A DNA stretch of 63,359 nucleotides. Source: Arcobacteraceae bacterium. GTDB lineage: Bacteria; Campylobacterota; Campylobacteria; Campylobacterales; Arcobacteraceae. Positions 19,154 through 29,708 of the stretch are shown one piece after another. Made by a program: the position numbers and the translations under genes. Numbering within the stretch: the first letter of the stretch is position 1; each line of letters starts with the position of its first letter. A model generated the notes under the pieces. It did not search any database. It was not told the DNA's origin and saw only the letters and a program-made list of their open reading frames with translations. Where the stretch lies: the NCBI GenBank assembly GCA_029939245.1, contig JAOZTH010000001.1, forward strand, positions 1-63,359, in the 5' to 3' direction.

Positions 19154-19901
19154 AGTAGCAGGAGTGTTTGATAGTGGAGTAGGTGGGCTGACTGTGGTTC
19201 GGTCTATACTGGAGCACAATATATTTGACAAGATAATATATTTTGGTGATACAGCCAGAGTGCCATATGGCAACAAAGACAAAGAGACTATCATAAGATA
19301 TTCACTAGAGGCGGTGGAGTTTTTCGAAGATTTTGATATAGATATCATCATAGTAGCTTGCAATACTGCTAGTGTATATGCTATAGATGATATGCAAAAA
19401 AAGTCAAAAGTGCCAGTGCTTGGTGTCATAGATGCCGGTGTAGATATGGTTTGTCAAAAAGTCAAAGACAAAAACAACAAAATACTAACCATAGGAACAC
19501 AAGGCACGATACAAAGTGCCGTATATGATACAAAACTTCGCAACAATGGCTACAACAATATAGTCAACATAGCCACACCTCTTTTTGTGCCTATTGTAGA
19601 GCTGGAGCTTGAAAACACGGCTATATTGACACAGACTATGAAGCACTATTTTGATGATGTTTGTGATATAAAATATATTATACTTGGTTGCACTCACTTT
19701 CCGCTCATAGCTACAAATATATCAAACTATTTTGAAGATGCACAGACGATACATAGTGGCGAGGCGATAGTAGCGAAGCTTATAAATGATTTTGCATATA
19801 CAAGAGCAAAAAATTTATCAAAGATAGAGTTTTTTGCATCTGATGCTCTACACCAGCTAAAAACAAGGGCAAAGTCGTGGCTTTTAGAAAAATATCTCTA
19901 A
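19146..19901 (+). CDS. murI: Glutamate racemase
   Basis: 251 aa. It has VFDSGVGGLTV, VACNTAS and GCTHFPL. Confidence 0.92.
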   Translation: MTKVAGVFDSGVGGLTVVRSILEHNIFDKIIYFGDTARVPYGNKDKETIIRYSLEAVEFFEDFDIDIIIVACNTASVYAIDDMQKKSKVPVLGVIDAGVDMVCQKVKDKNNKILTIGTQGTIQSAVYDTKLRNNGYNNIVNIATPLFVPIVELELENTAILTQTMKHYFDDVCDIKYIILGCTHFPLIATNISNYFEDAQTIHSGEAIVAKLINDFAYTRAKNLSKIEFFASDALHQLKTRAKSWLLEKYL

Positions 19902-20521
19902 ACGAAGTAAACTCTACTCAAAAATATATAATATCATATATAAAAAAGCACGGCTACGATATGCCTCTGCTAGTCTATACTGACTATCAAACAGATGGTA
20001 TAGGTAGCGGTGAAAATAGCTGGATAGGAGTTCGTGGCAATATGTTTTTCTCGTTTGTCATAAGTGTAGATATGTTGCCTATAGATATGCCGTGGCAGTC
20101 GGCTTCTATATATTTTAGCTCTCTTTTACAGCAAATTTTTAGCTCTCATGGTTCAAAGTGCTATATCAAATGGCCAAATGACTTTTATATAAAAGACAAA
20201 AAATTAGGTGGCACAGTGACCAAAATATCGTCTGGACTGCTCTATTGCGGTATAGGTATCAATATATTTGAGACAAAAAAATGCTTCAGTGTACTTGATA
20301 TAAATATAGATAAAGAGAGTATTGTAGATGAATTTATAACTTTAGTAGCAAAAAGCCAAAGTTGGACAGATAATTTTAAGTTTTTTTCGATACAATTTCA
20401 AAACAATTGTAAGAACTACAAAATCAACATAAATGGACAAAAAATATCGCCACAACCAGATATGCTCCAAGATGATGGTTCGCTTATGATAAACAACAAA
20501 AAGGAGTATAGCACCAGATGA
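19877..20521 (+). CDS. birA: Biotin-[acetyl-CoA-carboxylase] ligase (group I, no HTH)
   Basis: 214 aa. It has QTDGIGSGENSW…FFSF and KWPNDFYIKDKKLGG, and sits upstream of parAB as in Helicobacter and Campylobacter. Confidence 0.75.
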   Translation: MAFRKISLNEVNSTQKYIISYIKKHGYDMPLLVYTDYQTDGIGSGENSWIGVRGNMFFSFVISVDMLPIDMPWQSASIYFSSLLQQIFSSHGSKCYIKWPNDFYIKDKKLGGTVTKISSGLLYCGIGINIFETKKCFSVLDINIDKESIVDEFITLVAKSQSWTDNFKFFSIQFQNNCKNYKININGQKISPQPDMLQDDGSLMINNKKEYSTR

Positions 20522-21306
20522 CAGAGATTTTAACCATAGCAAACCAAAAAGGCGGTGTAGGCAAGACCACGACTGCAGTAAATCTTGCGGCCGCACTAGC
20601 TATAGCAAATAAAAAGATTTTGCTGATAGATGCCGACCCACAGACCAATGCCACCACATCTTTAGGATTTGCTAGAGACAAATACAGCAGAAACTTATAT
20701 CAAGCAATGATAGGAAAACAAAAGTTCAAAGATGCCATACTTAAAACAGAAGTAGAAAATCTAGACTTAGTGCCGTCAAGTATAGGGCTGGTGGGTTTCG
20801 AAAAAAATTATTATACAAACAAAAACAAAAACAAATATATACTCAAAATTCTCATAGATGAGGTTAAAGACAACTACGACTATGTCATCATAGACTCACC
20901 ACCAGCTCTAGGACCGCTGACCATAAATACTTTGACCGCATCTACATCTGTCGTGATACCTATACAGTGTGAGTTTTTTGCTTTGGAGGGTTTGGCTTTG
21001 CTTTTAAATACTATCAAGCTTATCAAACAAACCACAAATCCACAGCTACAGATAAAAGGATTTTTGCCGACCATGTATGCTAAAAACAACAACCTATCCA
21101 AACAAGTCCTAAGCGACCTAATACAGCACTTTGATAGCAAGTTGTTTAAAGTAGACAAAAAATCCTATATCGTAGTGCCTAGAAATATTACACTAGCAGA
21201 GTCGCCTAGCTTTGGAAAATCTGTGATACAATACGACAAAAATTCTGTAGGTTCCAAAGCATATATAAACTTAGCAAATGCAATACTAAAAAAGAGCAAA
21301 AGATGA
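20518..21306 (+). CDS. parA: Chromosome partitioning ATPase ParA/Soj
   Basis: 262 aa with the deviant Walker A NQKGGVGKTTTAVNLA. Confidence 0.92.
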   Translation: MTEILTIANQKGGVGKTTTAVNLAAALAIANKKILLIDADPQTNATTSLGFARDKYSRNLYQAMIGKQKFKDAILKTEVENLDLVPSSIGLVGFEKNYYTNKNKNKYILKILIDEVKDNYDYVIIDSPPALGPLTINTLTASTSVVIPIQCEFFALEGLALLLNTIKLIKQTTNPQLQIKGFLPTMYAKNNNLSKQVLSDLIQHFDSKLFKVDKKSYIVVPRNITLAESPSFGKSVIQYDKNSVGSKAYINLANAILKKSKR

Positions 21307-22157
21307 AAAGAGAAGCACTTGGACGAGGACTGGGCGAGTTGCTAGACGAAGTAGAGTCAGCATATGAAAACGAAAACAGCGAGTTTGTAGATGTCGTAGA
21401 TGAGATAGATGTCGATATAATAGACCCAAATCCAGACCAACCTAGACAGGTGTTTGAGATAGATGCCATAAAAGAGTTGAGCCAATCTATCAAGGCACAC
21501 GGACTTTTGCAACCAATTGTTGTCATACGAGACGATGATAGATATACTCTAGTATCTGGTGAGAGGCGGTTGAGAGCTACCAAACTTTTAGAGACCGACA
21601 CTATAAAGTCAATCATATTAAATATAAACCGAGACAAGCTAAATGAGTTAGCTCTCATAGAAAATATCCAAAGAGAAAATCTAAATATAGTAGAGCTAGC
21701 ACGCTCATATGACAAACTTATCAAACAGCACAATATAACTCATGAGCAGTTGTCGGATAAGCTATCAAAAAGTCGCTCTTCTATCACAAATACTTTGAGA
21801 GTTTTGTCGCTGGGTGGCTATGTACAAGATAAACTTTTAGCAAATAACATAAGCTTTGGACACGCAAAGATGATGACAGTCCTAGATGAAAAACAACAAC
21901 AAATAGCCACAGACAGCATAATAGCACAAAAGTTATCTGTGCAAGAAACTTCCAAGTTAATAGCACAGTTAAAAAACAAAAACGAACCAAAACTACAAGC
22001 ACCAAAATCCAAAATCCTATTTGACAAAGTAAAGCTACAAAATATAGTTCAAATACTCAAAGACAATAATTTTAAAACGACTATAAATCCAAAAGGTATA
22101 AACATAACTATAACAAACAACAAGGATATAGATAAGCTAAACACTCTTTTGTCATGA
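21303..22157 (+). CDS. parB: Chromosome partitioning protein ParB/Spo0J
   Basis: 284 aa with the ParB box GERRLRA and an HTH region. Confidence 0.9.
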   Translation: MKREALGRGLGELLDEVESAYENENSEFVDVVDEIDVDIIDPNPDQPRQVFEIDAIKELSQSIKAHGLLQPIVVIRDDDRYTLVSGERRLRATKLLETDTIKSIILNINRDKLNELALIENIQRENLNIVELARSYDKLIKQHNITHEQLSDKLSKSRSSITNTLRVLSLGGYVQDKLLANNISFGHAKMMTVLDEKQQQIATDSIIAQKLSVQETSKLIAQLKNKNEPKLQAPKSKILFDKVKLQNIVQILKDNNFKTTINPKGINITITNNKDIDKLNTLLS

Positions 22158-25100
22158 TAGATAGCTCCGCCTTTTCTCACCTGCATCTGCACACAGAATA
22201 CTCACTGCTAGATGGTGCCAACAAGATAGATAACCTAATCATCAAAGCCAAAGAGCTAGGCATGAAAAGTGTAGCTATAACCGACCACGGCAATATGTTT
22301 GGAGCTATAGAGTTCTATACCAAACTAAAAAAAGCAGGTATAAAACCTATCATAGGTATAGAGACATATATCCACAACCACGAAAAGCTTGATGACAAAA
22401 CTGGCAAAAAGCGATTTCACTTGTGTCTGCTAGCCAAAAATGATATAGGATACAAAAACTTGATGTATCTAAGCAGTATGGCATATACCGAAGGATTTTA
22501 TTATAATGCCAGAATAAACAAAAAACTTTTAAAATCACACAGCGAGGGTATCGTAGCCATGAGTGCTTGCTTACAAGGTGAAGTTAGCTGGCATCTAAAT
22601 ACCCAAAATCCTAAAAACAAAAAAAATGGTGCCAAAGGTTATGATGAAGCAGTCCGGGTCGCTTTGGAATACAAAGAGATATTTGGTGAGGACTTTTATC
22701 TTGAGATCATGCGACACGGCATAGATGACCAGTATTTTATAGATGATATGATACTCAAGATAGCCAAACAAACCGGCATAGAGATAGTAGCCACAAACGA
22801 CACACACTACACAGAACAAAAAGATGCTATATCGCATGAGGCATTTATGTGTATTGCTATGAACAAACTTTTTGACGACCCCAAAAGGATGAAGCACAGT
22901 GTACATGAGTTTTATCTCAAGTCTCCACAGCAAATACAAAAGTTATATGCAGATATACCACAAGCTATAGCAAATACACAAAAGATAGTAGATAAATGCA
23001 ACCTAAATATAAAACTAGGCAACCCCACACCACCCAACTTTAAGTTCGCTAGGGAGATGGCGACTAAATACGGTATAGAAATACCCCAAAAAAACAAAGA
23101 ATACTCGCTAGACAATGACAAAGTGCTGTTTGAATACTTGTGCAAAAAAGGGCTAGAAAAGATACTCGAAAAAGTTGACGAAAAATCACACAGTATATAC
23201 CGACAAAGAGTAGATGATGAGATACAGATCATCAACAATATGAAGTTTTCGGGATATATGCTCATAGTATGGGAGTTTGTACAGTTTGCCAAACTATGTG
23301 ACCCACCTATACCAGTAGGACCCGGACGAGGTTCGGCGGCTGGTAGTTTGGTAGCCTATGCTCTATCTATAACCAACATAGACCCCATAAAATACGGACT
23401 GATATTTGAAAGATTTCTAAACCCAGACAGAGTCTCTATGCCAGATATCGATATGGATTTTTGTCAAAATAGGCGACAAGAGGTCATAGACTATGTGGTA
23501 GAAAAATATGGTAGGCAAAATGTAGCGCAGATCATCACATTTGGCAAACTGCTAGCAAAAGGAGTTATACGAGATGTGGCTAGAGTGTTGGATTTGCCTC
23601 TAAGCGAAGCGGACAAGATGGCGAAAATGATACCAGACAAGATAGGTATAAGTCTAGCACAAGCACAAAAAGATGAGCCAAAGATAGACGAGTATATACA
23701 GAGCAATCCACTAGCCCAAAAAGTATGGCAACACTCTCTAGCTTTGGAGGGTTTAAACAGAAATGCCAGCACTCATGCGGCTGGTGTAGTGATATCAAAT
23801 GAACCTCTGTATCAAAAGACACCGCTGTTTCGTCCTTCTGGCGATGATATAGCAGTAGCTACTCAATACAACGGCAAATACATAGAAGATGTAGATCTGA
23901 TAAAGTTTGACTTTTTGGGCTTGAAAACTTTGACTGTCATCAATGATACATTGAAACTTATCAAGGACAGACACGGCAAGACGATAGATTTTGACGATGA
24001 AAACATAGAAGACCCAGAAGTGTATGACCTAATATCACGAGGTGAGACTATAGGGTTGTTTCAAGTAGAAGCCAACGGAGTCAAAGAGCTATGCAAAAAG
24101 TTAAAGCCAGATAATTTTGGTGAACTACTGGCTATACTAGCTTTGTATCGTCCCGGTCCCATAGAAGCTGGTATGGTCAGCGACTTCGTGGAGAGGAAAC
24201 ATGGACGACAAAAGGTTAGCTACTTTTATGATGAATTGACAGAAGCTCTAGAACCTATACTTAAAGAGACTTATGGTCTCATAGTGTATCAAGAGCAGGT
24301 CATGAAGATAGTCCAAGTCATAGGTGGGTTTAGTCTAGGTGGAGCGGACTTAGTCAGACGAGCGATGGGTAAAAAAAACGAAGATGAACTAAACAAACTC
24401 AAAAGCCAGTTTGCTGATGGCGGAGTGAAAAACGGCTACTCTGCGGAGCATTGTGAAAAATTGTTCAACAAAATACTCAAGTTTGCTGGCTATGGGTTCA
24501 ACAAATCACACTCAGCAGCATATGCTATGATCACTTTTCAGACTGCGTTTTTGAAGCGGTATTATCCTACAGAGTTTATGGCATCGTTGCTGACATCGGA
24601 AAGTCAAAAGCCAGACAAAGTAGTCAAATATGTAGATGAGCTGAAGCATATGGGCTATAGGTTAGTGCCGCCACACATCAACAAATCACAGCATATATTT
24701 AGTGCAGATATCATAGACAAAAAAGAGGTCGTAGTGTTTGGGCTAGGAGCACTCAAAGGAGCTGGCGGAAAAGTAGTGCAAAGTATCTTAGCTACTAGAA
24801 AAGATGGAGAGTTTGTAGATATGGCAGACTTTGTATCTAGGATAGACGGCTCAAAAGTCAACAAAAGAGTAGTAGAGGCACTCATATGTTCTGGTGCTTT
24901 TGATAGCTTCGGACACACTAGAGCAGCACTGGCCGACCAGATAGAATACATAGTGGCACAAGTATCAAATGCCAACAGAGCTAGAGAGTTGAGTGTCGGC
25001 TCACTGTTTGGCGACGATAAACAGCTACAAACAGTGGAGCTAAACCTGAACGAACTAGATGAATACGACAACACAACTATGCTCCAAAAAGAGCTAGAAA

Positions 25101-25687
25101 CTCTAGGCTTCTATGTATCTGGGCATCCGCTAGATAAATATAGAGCGGTGTTTGATAGTGTGGACTATGTAAAAAGTAGCGAATACAGCGAGCTAAAAGA
25201 CGGACAACAAGTAAAAATAGCAGGCAAGATAGTGCAAATAATACAAAAGATAAGCAAAAAAGGCAATCCGTATTTCGTAGCTACTATCATGGATTTGCAC
25301 GGAAGTTATGACTTCATGATGTTTGAAAAAGACAAGCTAAAGCTGGAAAATGATTTTGATATAAATGAGCCTATGGTGTTTGATATGGTAGTGAAAGTCG
25401 ATCACTTTGGTGTCAAGTTCAACACAAAAAGTTTCAAACAGCTCAAAACCCAAAAAGCAAAAACAAGTAAACCAAAAAGAGATAGCATAACAATACAAAT
25501 AGAAGAAAATACCGATATAGGTATAATCCAAACCATACACAAGATCATCAGCAACCACCAAGGCAGTTTGCCATTTACTCTAGTCATAACAGGAGCAAAA
25601 GAGAGTTTAAGCCTGACTTCTGGATATTTTGTGCATGAAAAAACTTATAAAATGTTTGAAAACACACCAAACATAGAGATGTTGTGA
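22154..25687 (+). CDS. dnaE: DNA polymerase III alpha subunit
   Basis: 1177 aa. It has the PHP domain HLHLHTEYSLLDG, the palm motif PDIDMDF and the fingers region GYGFNKSHSAAYA. Confidence 0.95.
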   Translation: MIDSSAFSHLHLHTEYSLLDGANKIDNLIIKAKELGMKSVAITDHGNMFGAIEFYTKLKKAGIKPIIGIETYIHNHEKLDDKTGKKRFHLCLLAKNDIGYKNLMYLSSMAYTEGFYYNARINKKLLKSHSEGIVAMSACLQGEVSWHLNTQNPKNKKNGAKGYDEAVRVALEYKEIFGEDFYLEIMRHGIDDQYFIDDMILKIAKQTGIEIVATNDTHYTEQKDAISHEAFMCIAMNKLFDDPKRMKHSVHEFYLKSPQQIQKLYADIPQAIANTQKIVDKCNLNIKLGNPTPPNFKFAREMATKYGIEIPQKNKEYSLDNDKVLFEYLCKKGLEKILEKVDEKSHSIYRQRVDDEIQIINNMKFSGYMLIVWEFVQFAKLCDPPIPVGPGRGSAAGSLVAYALSITNIDPIKYGLIFERFLNPDRVSMPDIDMDFCQNRRQEVIDYVVEKYGRQNVAQIITFGKLLAKGVIRDVARVLDLPLSEADKMAKMIPDKIGISLAQAQKDEPKIDEYIQSNPLAQKVWQHSLALEGLNRNASTHAAGVVISNEPLYQKTPLFRPSGDDIAVATQYNGKYIEDVDLIKFDFLGLKTLTVINDTLKLIKDRHGKTIDFDDENIEDPEVYDLISRGETIGLFQVEANGVKELCKKLKPDNFGELLAILALYRPGPIEAGMVSDFVERKHGRQKVSYFYDELTEALEPILKETYGLIVYQEQVMKIVQVIGGFSLGGADLVRRAMGKKNEDELNKLKSQFADGGVKNGYSAEHCEKLFNKILKFAGYGFNKSHSAAYAMITFQTAFLKRYYPTEFMASLLTSESQKPDKVVKYVDELKHMGYRLVPPHINKSQHIFSADIIDKKEVVVFGLGALKGAGGKVVQSILATRKDGEFVDMADFVSRIDGSKVNKRVVEALICSGAFDSFGHTRAALADQIEYIVAQVSNANRARELSVGSLFGDDKQLQTVELNLNELDEYDNTTMLQKELETLGFYVSGHPLDKYRAVFDSVDYVKSSEYSELKDGQQVKIAGKIVQIIQKISKKGNPYFVATIMDLHGSYDFMMFEKDKLKLENDFDINEPMVFDMVVKVDHFGVKFNTKSFKQLKTQKAKTSKPKRDSITIQIEENTDIGIIQTIHKIISNHQGSLPFTLVITGAKESLSLTSGYFVHEKTYKMFENTPNIEML

Positions 25688-26154
25688 AGTATTTTATCCT
25701 TGTCGTCTTGTCGGTCATATATGGTATGGGTGCTGATAAATTTCGTGAAACTATATATCTAGATGCATTTGGCGAACACAAAGTATCGCTGGGGCAAATG
25801 TCTCAAATCAAAGGCGATATAAAGCTAATATATAGCACACCAGTAGCAAAAACTTTGTATTATCAAAAAGATAAGCTAGTGATACAAACAGACACAAACA
25901 AGACCTATATGTATGCCCAGCACCCACAGCTACTAGTAGTGCCGTCTATCATAAAAGCGATAAGTAAAAACAGTTTTGATGACTTAGAGGTGATATTTGA
26001 TATCATAAAAACTTCAACACAGATGAAGCTTGTCGCAAAACAAAGCACAAAAAAGCATATAGAGAAGATAATCATAGATTATGAAAGCAAAAAGTTCAAA
26101 AAATTTGAGATATATATGCGAAATCATGATAGGATTATGATTGAGATACTTTAA
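25684..26154 (+). CDS. Small secreted LolA-like protein (tentative)
   Basis: 156 aa with a signal peptide. The beta-rich pattern resembles LolA-like carriers that are commonly paired with COG4258-type exporters. The motif match is weak. Confidence 0.35.
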   Translation: MKYFILVVLSVIYGMGADKFRETIYLDAFGEHKVSLGQMSQIKGDIKLIYSTPVAKTLYYQKDKLVIQTDTNKTYMYAQHPQLLVVPSIIKAISKNSFDDLEVIFDIIKTSTQMKLVAKQSTKKHIEKIIIDYESKKFKKFEIYMRNHDRIMIEIL

Positions 26155-28195
26155 TCTAGGGCTGTTTTTTGTCATATTGTCTCTGTTTGTCGTGTTTGAT
26201 ATATCTAGTTATATCAAAAGCGATCTAGCAGAATTTTTGACAAAAGAGCAAAAAACTACGATGGATATATACAAAAAATCACGCACAAATGAGAACTTGA
26301 TAGTAGCTATAAAAGGCTACGAACCTGACAAGCTAGAGAGCATAAAAAGGTTAAAACAAAAGCTAGACAACATAAACCACCTGTCTATAAGTAGCTATGA
26401 AAATGAGAACAAAACAGACTATGAAAATATCTATAAACTGTCCATAAACAGTATAAAATACAAAAGCTCCAAAGATATAGATATAGACAAAAAACTTCAA
26501 GATATAAAACAAAATATAAAAAACAGCGACATATATCTCCCACTAGATATGTTTGATCCACTTGAGATATTTGAAAAACCCAAGCCATACAAAACAAATA
26601 TAAACATAACAAATGGAAATATGGGACTAGGAGAGTTTGGCTATCTTGCTGTGTTTGATGTGTCGGCAAATCTATCGTTTGATCAACACTGTGTGCTATA
26701 TGACAAAATACACGATACTATAAAAAACAAAAATATCAAGCATTTTGCTCCGTTTTATTATTTTGTAGAAAACGAAAGATATATAAAAGAAGATGTGAAG
26801 TTTATCGTGCTTTTGTCTACATTTTTGCTCCTGTTTTTGTATATGATAATGTTGCGAAATTTTATCTTGCTAGCAAATCTGTTTGCTACTGTTGTGTCAT
26901 CTGTGATAGTTGGAGCGATAGCTAGCCATATGGTCTTTGGCAATATATCTATCATAAGCTTCGCTCTAGCGGTGTCTTGGACTGCTGTGGCGGTAGATTA
27001 TATGTTTCATCACTATTTTTTTGGATATTATGAGACAAAAAAGAGTTTCAACTTTCATGTGTTTTTTGGATTTGTGACTACTTTTATCGCCTTAGCTGTG
27101 TTGTCGTTCTCTTCGTTTGTGATGATAAAACATATAACTGTATTTTGTATGACTAGTCTAGGTTTTGCTTATGTGTCGTTTGCTTTTATATATCCACATC
27201 TTAGGTTAAAGCAAACAAAATATATAACTATACGCGATATGAAACACAGATATAAGCTGCCATCTATATATATAGTGATATCTAGCTTGGTGTTGTTTGT
27301 AGGGGCATATAGCTTCGTATCGGTTGACAAAACTTTGCAAAACCTAAACTACCACAACACAAAACTCATAAAGACACAAAAGTTTTTTGAAAAAAATCTA
27401 AACACAAAAAACTTAAGCCCAGCTATCATAAAAGCAGACACGATAGATGTAGCTATATCTACGATAAATAGTCTCAAAAAGCAGGATATAAAATTTGTAT
27501 CGTCTTTGTCTTATGTGCTAGATAGACAGACATTACAACTCAGACAAGAAGTTCTGGATGATTTTGGATTTGATGATGTCAAACAAAGGTTAGACACCTT
27601 GTCAAAAAAGCACGGCTTTAGAGATGGATATTTTAAAGATAGTTATGTATATAAGATGGCTAAATACGATGAAAATATATTTAAAGATAGTTTATATAGA
27701 CAAGACGGCATATGGTATCTGCCGGTATTGATACAACAAAAGACAAAAAAGACAAAAAATATAATATCTTTAGATAGTCAAGTGGTATTTAGGCAGACGA
27801 TAGACAAAGCTATAGATGGATTTGTTATATATGCTATATGGCTAGGACTGGGGATATTGCTGTTTTTAGTAGCCGTGACAAGGCGGAGGTTTGGAGATGT
27901 GATATCTTATGTGCTGTTGCCTATGGCGGTCATAGCTATATATGGTGCGGTGTATTCGCTAAATATCTTGCAGCTTTTTATGGGGATTGTTGTCCTGTCT
28001 GTGGCAGTGGATTTTGCTATATACAAAGCAAAAGAACAAAACGAGACAAATATAGCGATAATATATTCGCTTCTCAGCACGATAGCTGGCTTTGGAGTGC
28101 TTGTATTTAGCGATATTGCTTCACTGGTATCCATAGGGATAGTGGCGGTGTTGGGGGTTTTGGCTGTGCTATTTTTGATATTTTTTCAAAAATAG
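26141..28195 (+). CDS. MMPL/RND-superfamily predicted exporter (two 5-6 TM bundles separated by soluble loops)
   Basis: 684 aa. It has an N-terminal TM, a ~200-aa loop, a TM bundle (…FFGFVTTFIALAVLSFSSFVMIKHI…), a second loop and a second bundle (…IYSLLSTIAGFGVLVFSDIASLVSIGIV…). Confidence 0.55.
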   Translation: MRYFNLGLFFVILSLFVVFDISSYIKSDLAEFLTKEQKTTMDIYKKSRTNENLIVAIKGYEPDKLESIKRLKQKLDNINHLSISSYENENKTDYENIYKLSINSIKYKSSKDIDIDKKLQDIKQNIKNSDIYLPLDMFDPLEIFEKPKPYKTNINITNGNMGLGEFGYLAVFDVSANLSFDQHCVLYDKIHDTIKNKNIKHFAPFYYFVENERYIKEDVKFIVLLSTFLLLFLYMIMLRNFILLANLFATVVSSVIVGAIASHMVFGNISIISFALAVSWTAVAVDYMFHHYFFGYYETKKSFNFHVFFGFVTTFIALAVLSFSSFVMIKHITVFCMTSLGFAYVSFAFIYPHLRLKQTKYITIRDMKHRYKLPSIYIVISSLVLFVGAYSFVSVDKTLQNLNYHNTKLIKTQKFFEKNLNTKNLSPAIIKADTIDVAISTINSLKKQDIKFVSSLSYVLDRQTLQLRQEVLDDFGFDDVKQRLDTLSKKHGFRDGYFKDSYVYKMAKYDENIFKDSLYRQDGIWYLPVLIQQKTKKTKNIISLDSQVVFRQTIDKAIDGFVIYAIWLGLGILLFLVAVTRRRFGDVISYVLLPMAVIAIYGAVYSLNILQLFMGIVVLSVAVDFAIYKAKEQNETNIAIIYSLLSTIAGFGVLVFSDIASLVSIGIVAVLGVLAVLFLIFFQK

Positions 28196-28245
28196 GTTAA
28201 GTTTAAATAAAATTTGTTATAATAACAAAATTTTAAAGGAAAATT

Positions 28246-28968
28246 ATGAAAAAGTTATTTAGATTGTTGTTGGCGGTGTCGGTGTTGTTTTTGTTTGCAG
28301 GGACGACTGCTATGGCAAAAAAGAAGTCCTATACAAAGGCACAGGTGCTAAAAAAGTGTAAAAAATATAAAACAAAAAAGAGTATCAAAAAATATAAAAA
28401 ATGTCTAAAAAAATACAAGATAAAAAAGAAAAAAAGATCAACAAGATCAACAAGATCAAAGGAAAAAGAAACAACCACTACATATTATGTCAAAAAAGGA
28501 TTTTATGCTGGAGGCAATCTAGCATATGTGATGCCTGGAGACTATATCGTAAACGACAACAAATTGGGCTTTGATAGTTCTGTAGGATTTGCTGCTTTGG
28601 GCGGATATAAGTTTGGTAAGATAAGGGCAGAGGCAGAATATTTCACACACTCAAGCTCTTTAACCGACATAGATGCTACATTTTCATTTAGCTCAATACT
28701 TATGAGTGGATATTATAGGTTAAATACAAAAAATTTCTCTCCTATATTTGGAGCTGGGCTAGGTAGCACTACTATATCAGACGAGAATAGTTTCACTACT
28801 ACATCTTTTCATATCACTGGTGGAGTTGAGAGTATGATAAGTCAAAAGCTATCTTGGACTGCGTTGCTACGATATATGAAATACGGCGATATAGAGTTTG
28901 ATGATGGTGGCACTGGTAGCTTTGATCCTACTTTTGCCTTGATGGGTGGAGTGAAATATAGCTTTTAA
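28246..28968 (+). CDS. Outer-membrane beta-barrel protein with a Lys-rich N-terminal extension
   Basis: 240 aa. It has a signal peptide, about 60 aa of KKxK-rich sequence, then alternating-hydrophobic beta strands ending …GGVKYSF (terminal Phe). Confidence 0.65.
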   Translation: MKKLFRLLLAVSVLFLFAGTTAMAKKKSYTKAQVLKKCKKYKTKKSIKKYKKCLKKYKIKKKKRSTRSTRSKEKETTTTYYVKKGFYAGGNLAYVMPGDYIVNDNKLGFDSSVGFAALGGYKFGKIRAEAEYFTHSSSLTDIDATFSFSSILMSGYYRLNTKNFSPIFGAGLGSTTISDENSFTTTSFHITGGVESMISQKLSWTALLRYMKYGDIEFDDGGTGSFDPTFALMGGVKYSF

Positions 28969-28971
28969 TAT

Positions 28972-29181
28972 ATGATAAAGATAATCATAGTCGGTGTAGT
29001 CCTATTTTTGGTGTACATGGTGTTTTTCAAAAAGATACGACAAGATGGCAAACCACCACAGGACAAAGACAAAACTATAGAAACTATGTGTGAGTGTTGC
29101 AAATGCAAAGTTTTAATATCTAAAAATGAAGCGATACTAAGTAGTGGCAAGTCATATTGTAGCAAAGAGTGTCTAGCTTGA
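28972..29181 (+). CDS. Small membrane-anchored Cys-rich (TRASH/zinc-ribbon-like) protein
   Basis: 69 aa. One TM is followed by CECCKCKVLISKNEAILSSGKSYCSKECLA. Confidence 0.5.
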   Translation: MIKIIIVGVVLFLVYMVFFKKIRQDGKPPQDKDKTIETMCECCKCKVLISKNEAILSSGKSYCSKECLA

Positions 29182-29543
29182 TAATCTTGGGCGATGATAG
29201 TATAGGATGCAAGCAAATCATGACTATAGAACGGTTTTCACAAGTTGATAATACTTCACCAGATGATATTGTCAAGCTAAACTTTGATATAGAGTTGCTA
29301 GAAAAACTATCTACAAATGATATAGAGTGTCTAGTTGTAGCAAACAGTATATATGAAGTAGTGTATGCAAACACACTAAAAGCCGACTATATTTTAGTGC
29401 CAGAAAATATCACAACACAAGCACAAAATATAGCCGATAACTATATGTTTGATAGCAAAATAATCGTCAGTATATCAAACAAAAAACAACTTGAGGTATA
29501 TGCTATAGAAGGTATAGATGGAGTTGTTTTTGAAACATCTTAA
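29169..29543 (+). CDS. Hypothetical protein
   Basis: 124-aa ORF with a GTG start overlapping the previous stop. No motif recognised, and the start is uncertain. Confidence 0.35.
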   Translation: MSSLIILGDDSIGCKQIMTIERFSQVDNTSPDDIVKLNFDIELLEKLSTNDIECLVVANSIYEVVYANTLKADYILVPENITTQAQNIADNYMFDSKIIVSISNKKQLEVYAIEGIDGVVFETS

Positions 29544-29682
29544 TGAACTTATGATTTTGTAAGTTTTTAGGCTTTTTGTCGCTATAAATCACTATTTTTT
29601 GATCATATTTTTTCCAATTTAGATGAAATATAGGCAAATTTTGCCGAAATTGTCCGTTTTTGTGGTAATTTTATGAAAATTA

Positions 29683-29691
29683 TGATATAAT
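29683..29691 (+). promoter_or_regulatory. Candidate extended -10 (TGaTATAAT) upstream of the giant lipoprotein operon
   Basis: tgatataat lies 18 nt upstream of the ATG at 29709, and the AAAGGAGA RBS sits at 29697-29704. No transcript data. Confidence 0.35.
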
Positions 29692-29708
29692 ACATAAAAG
29701 GAGAAATT

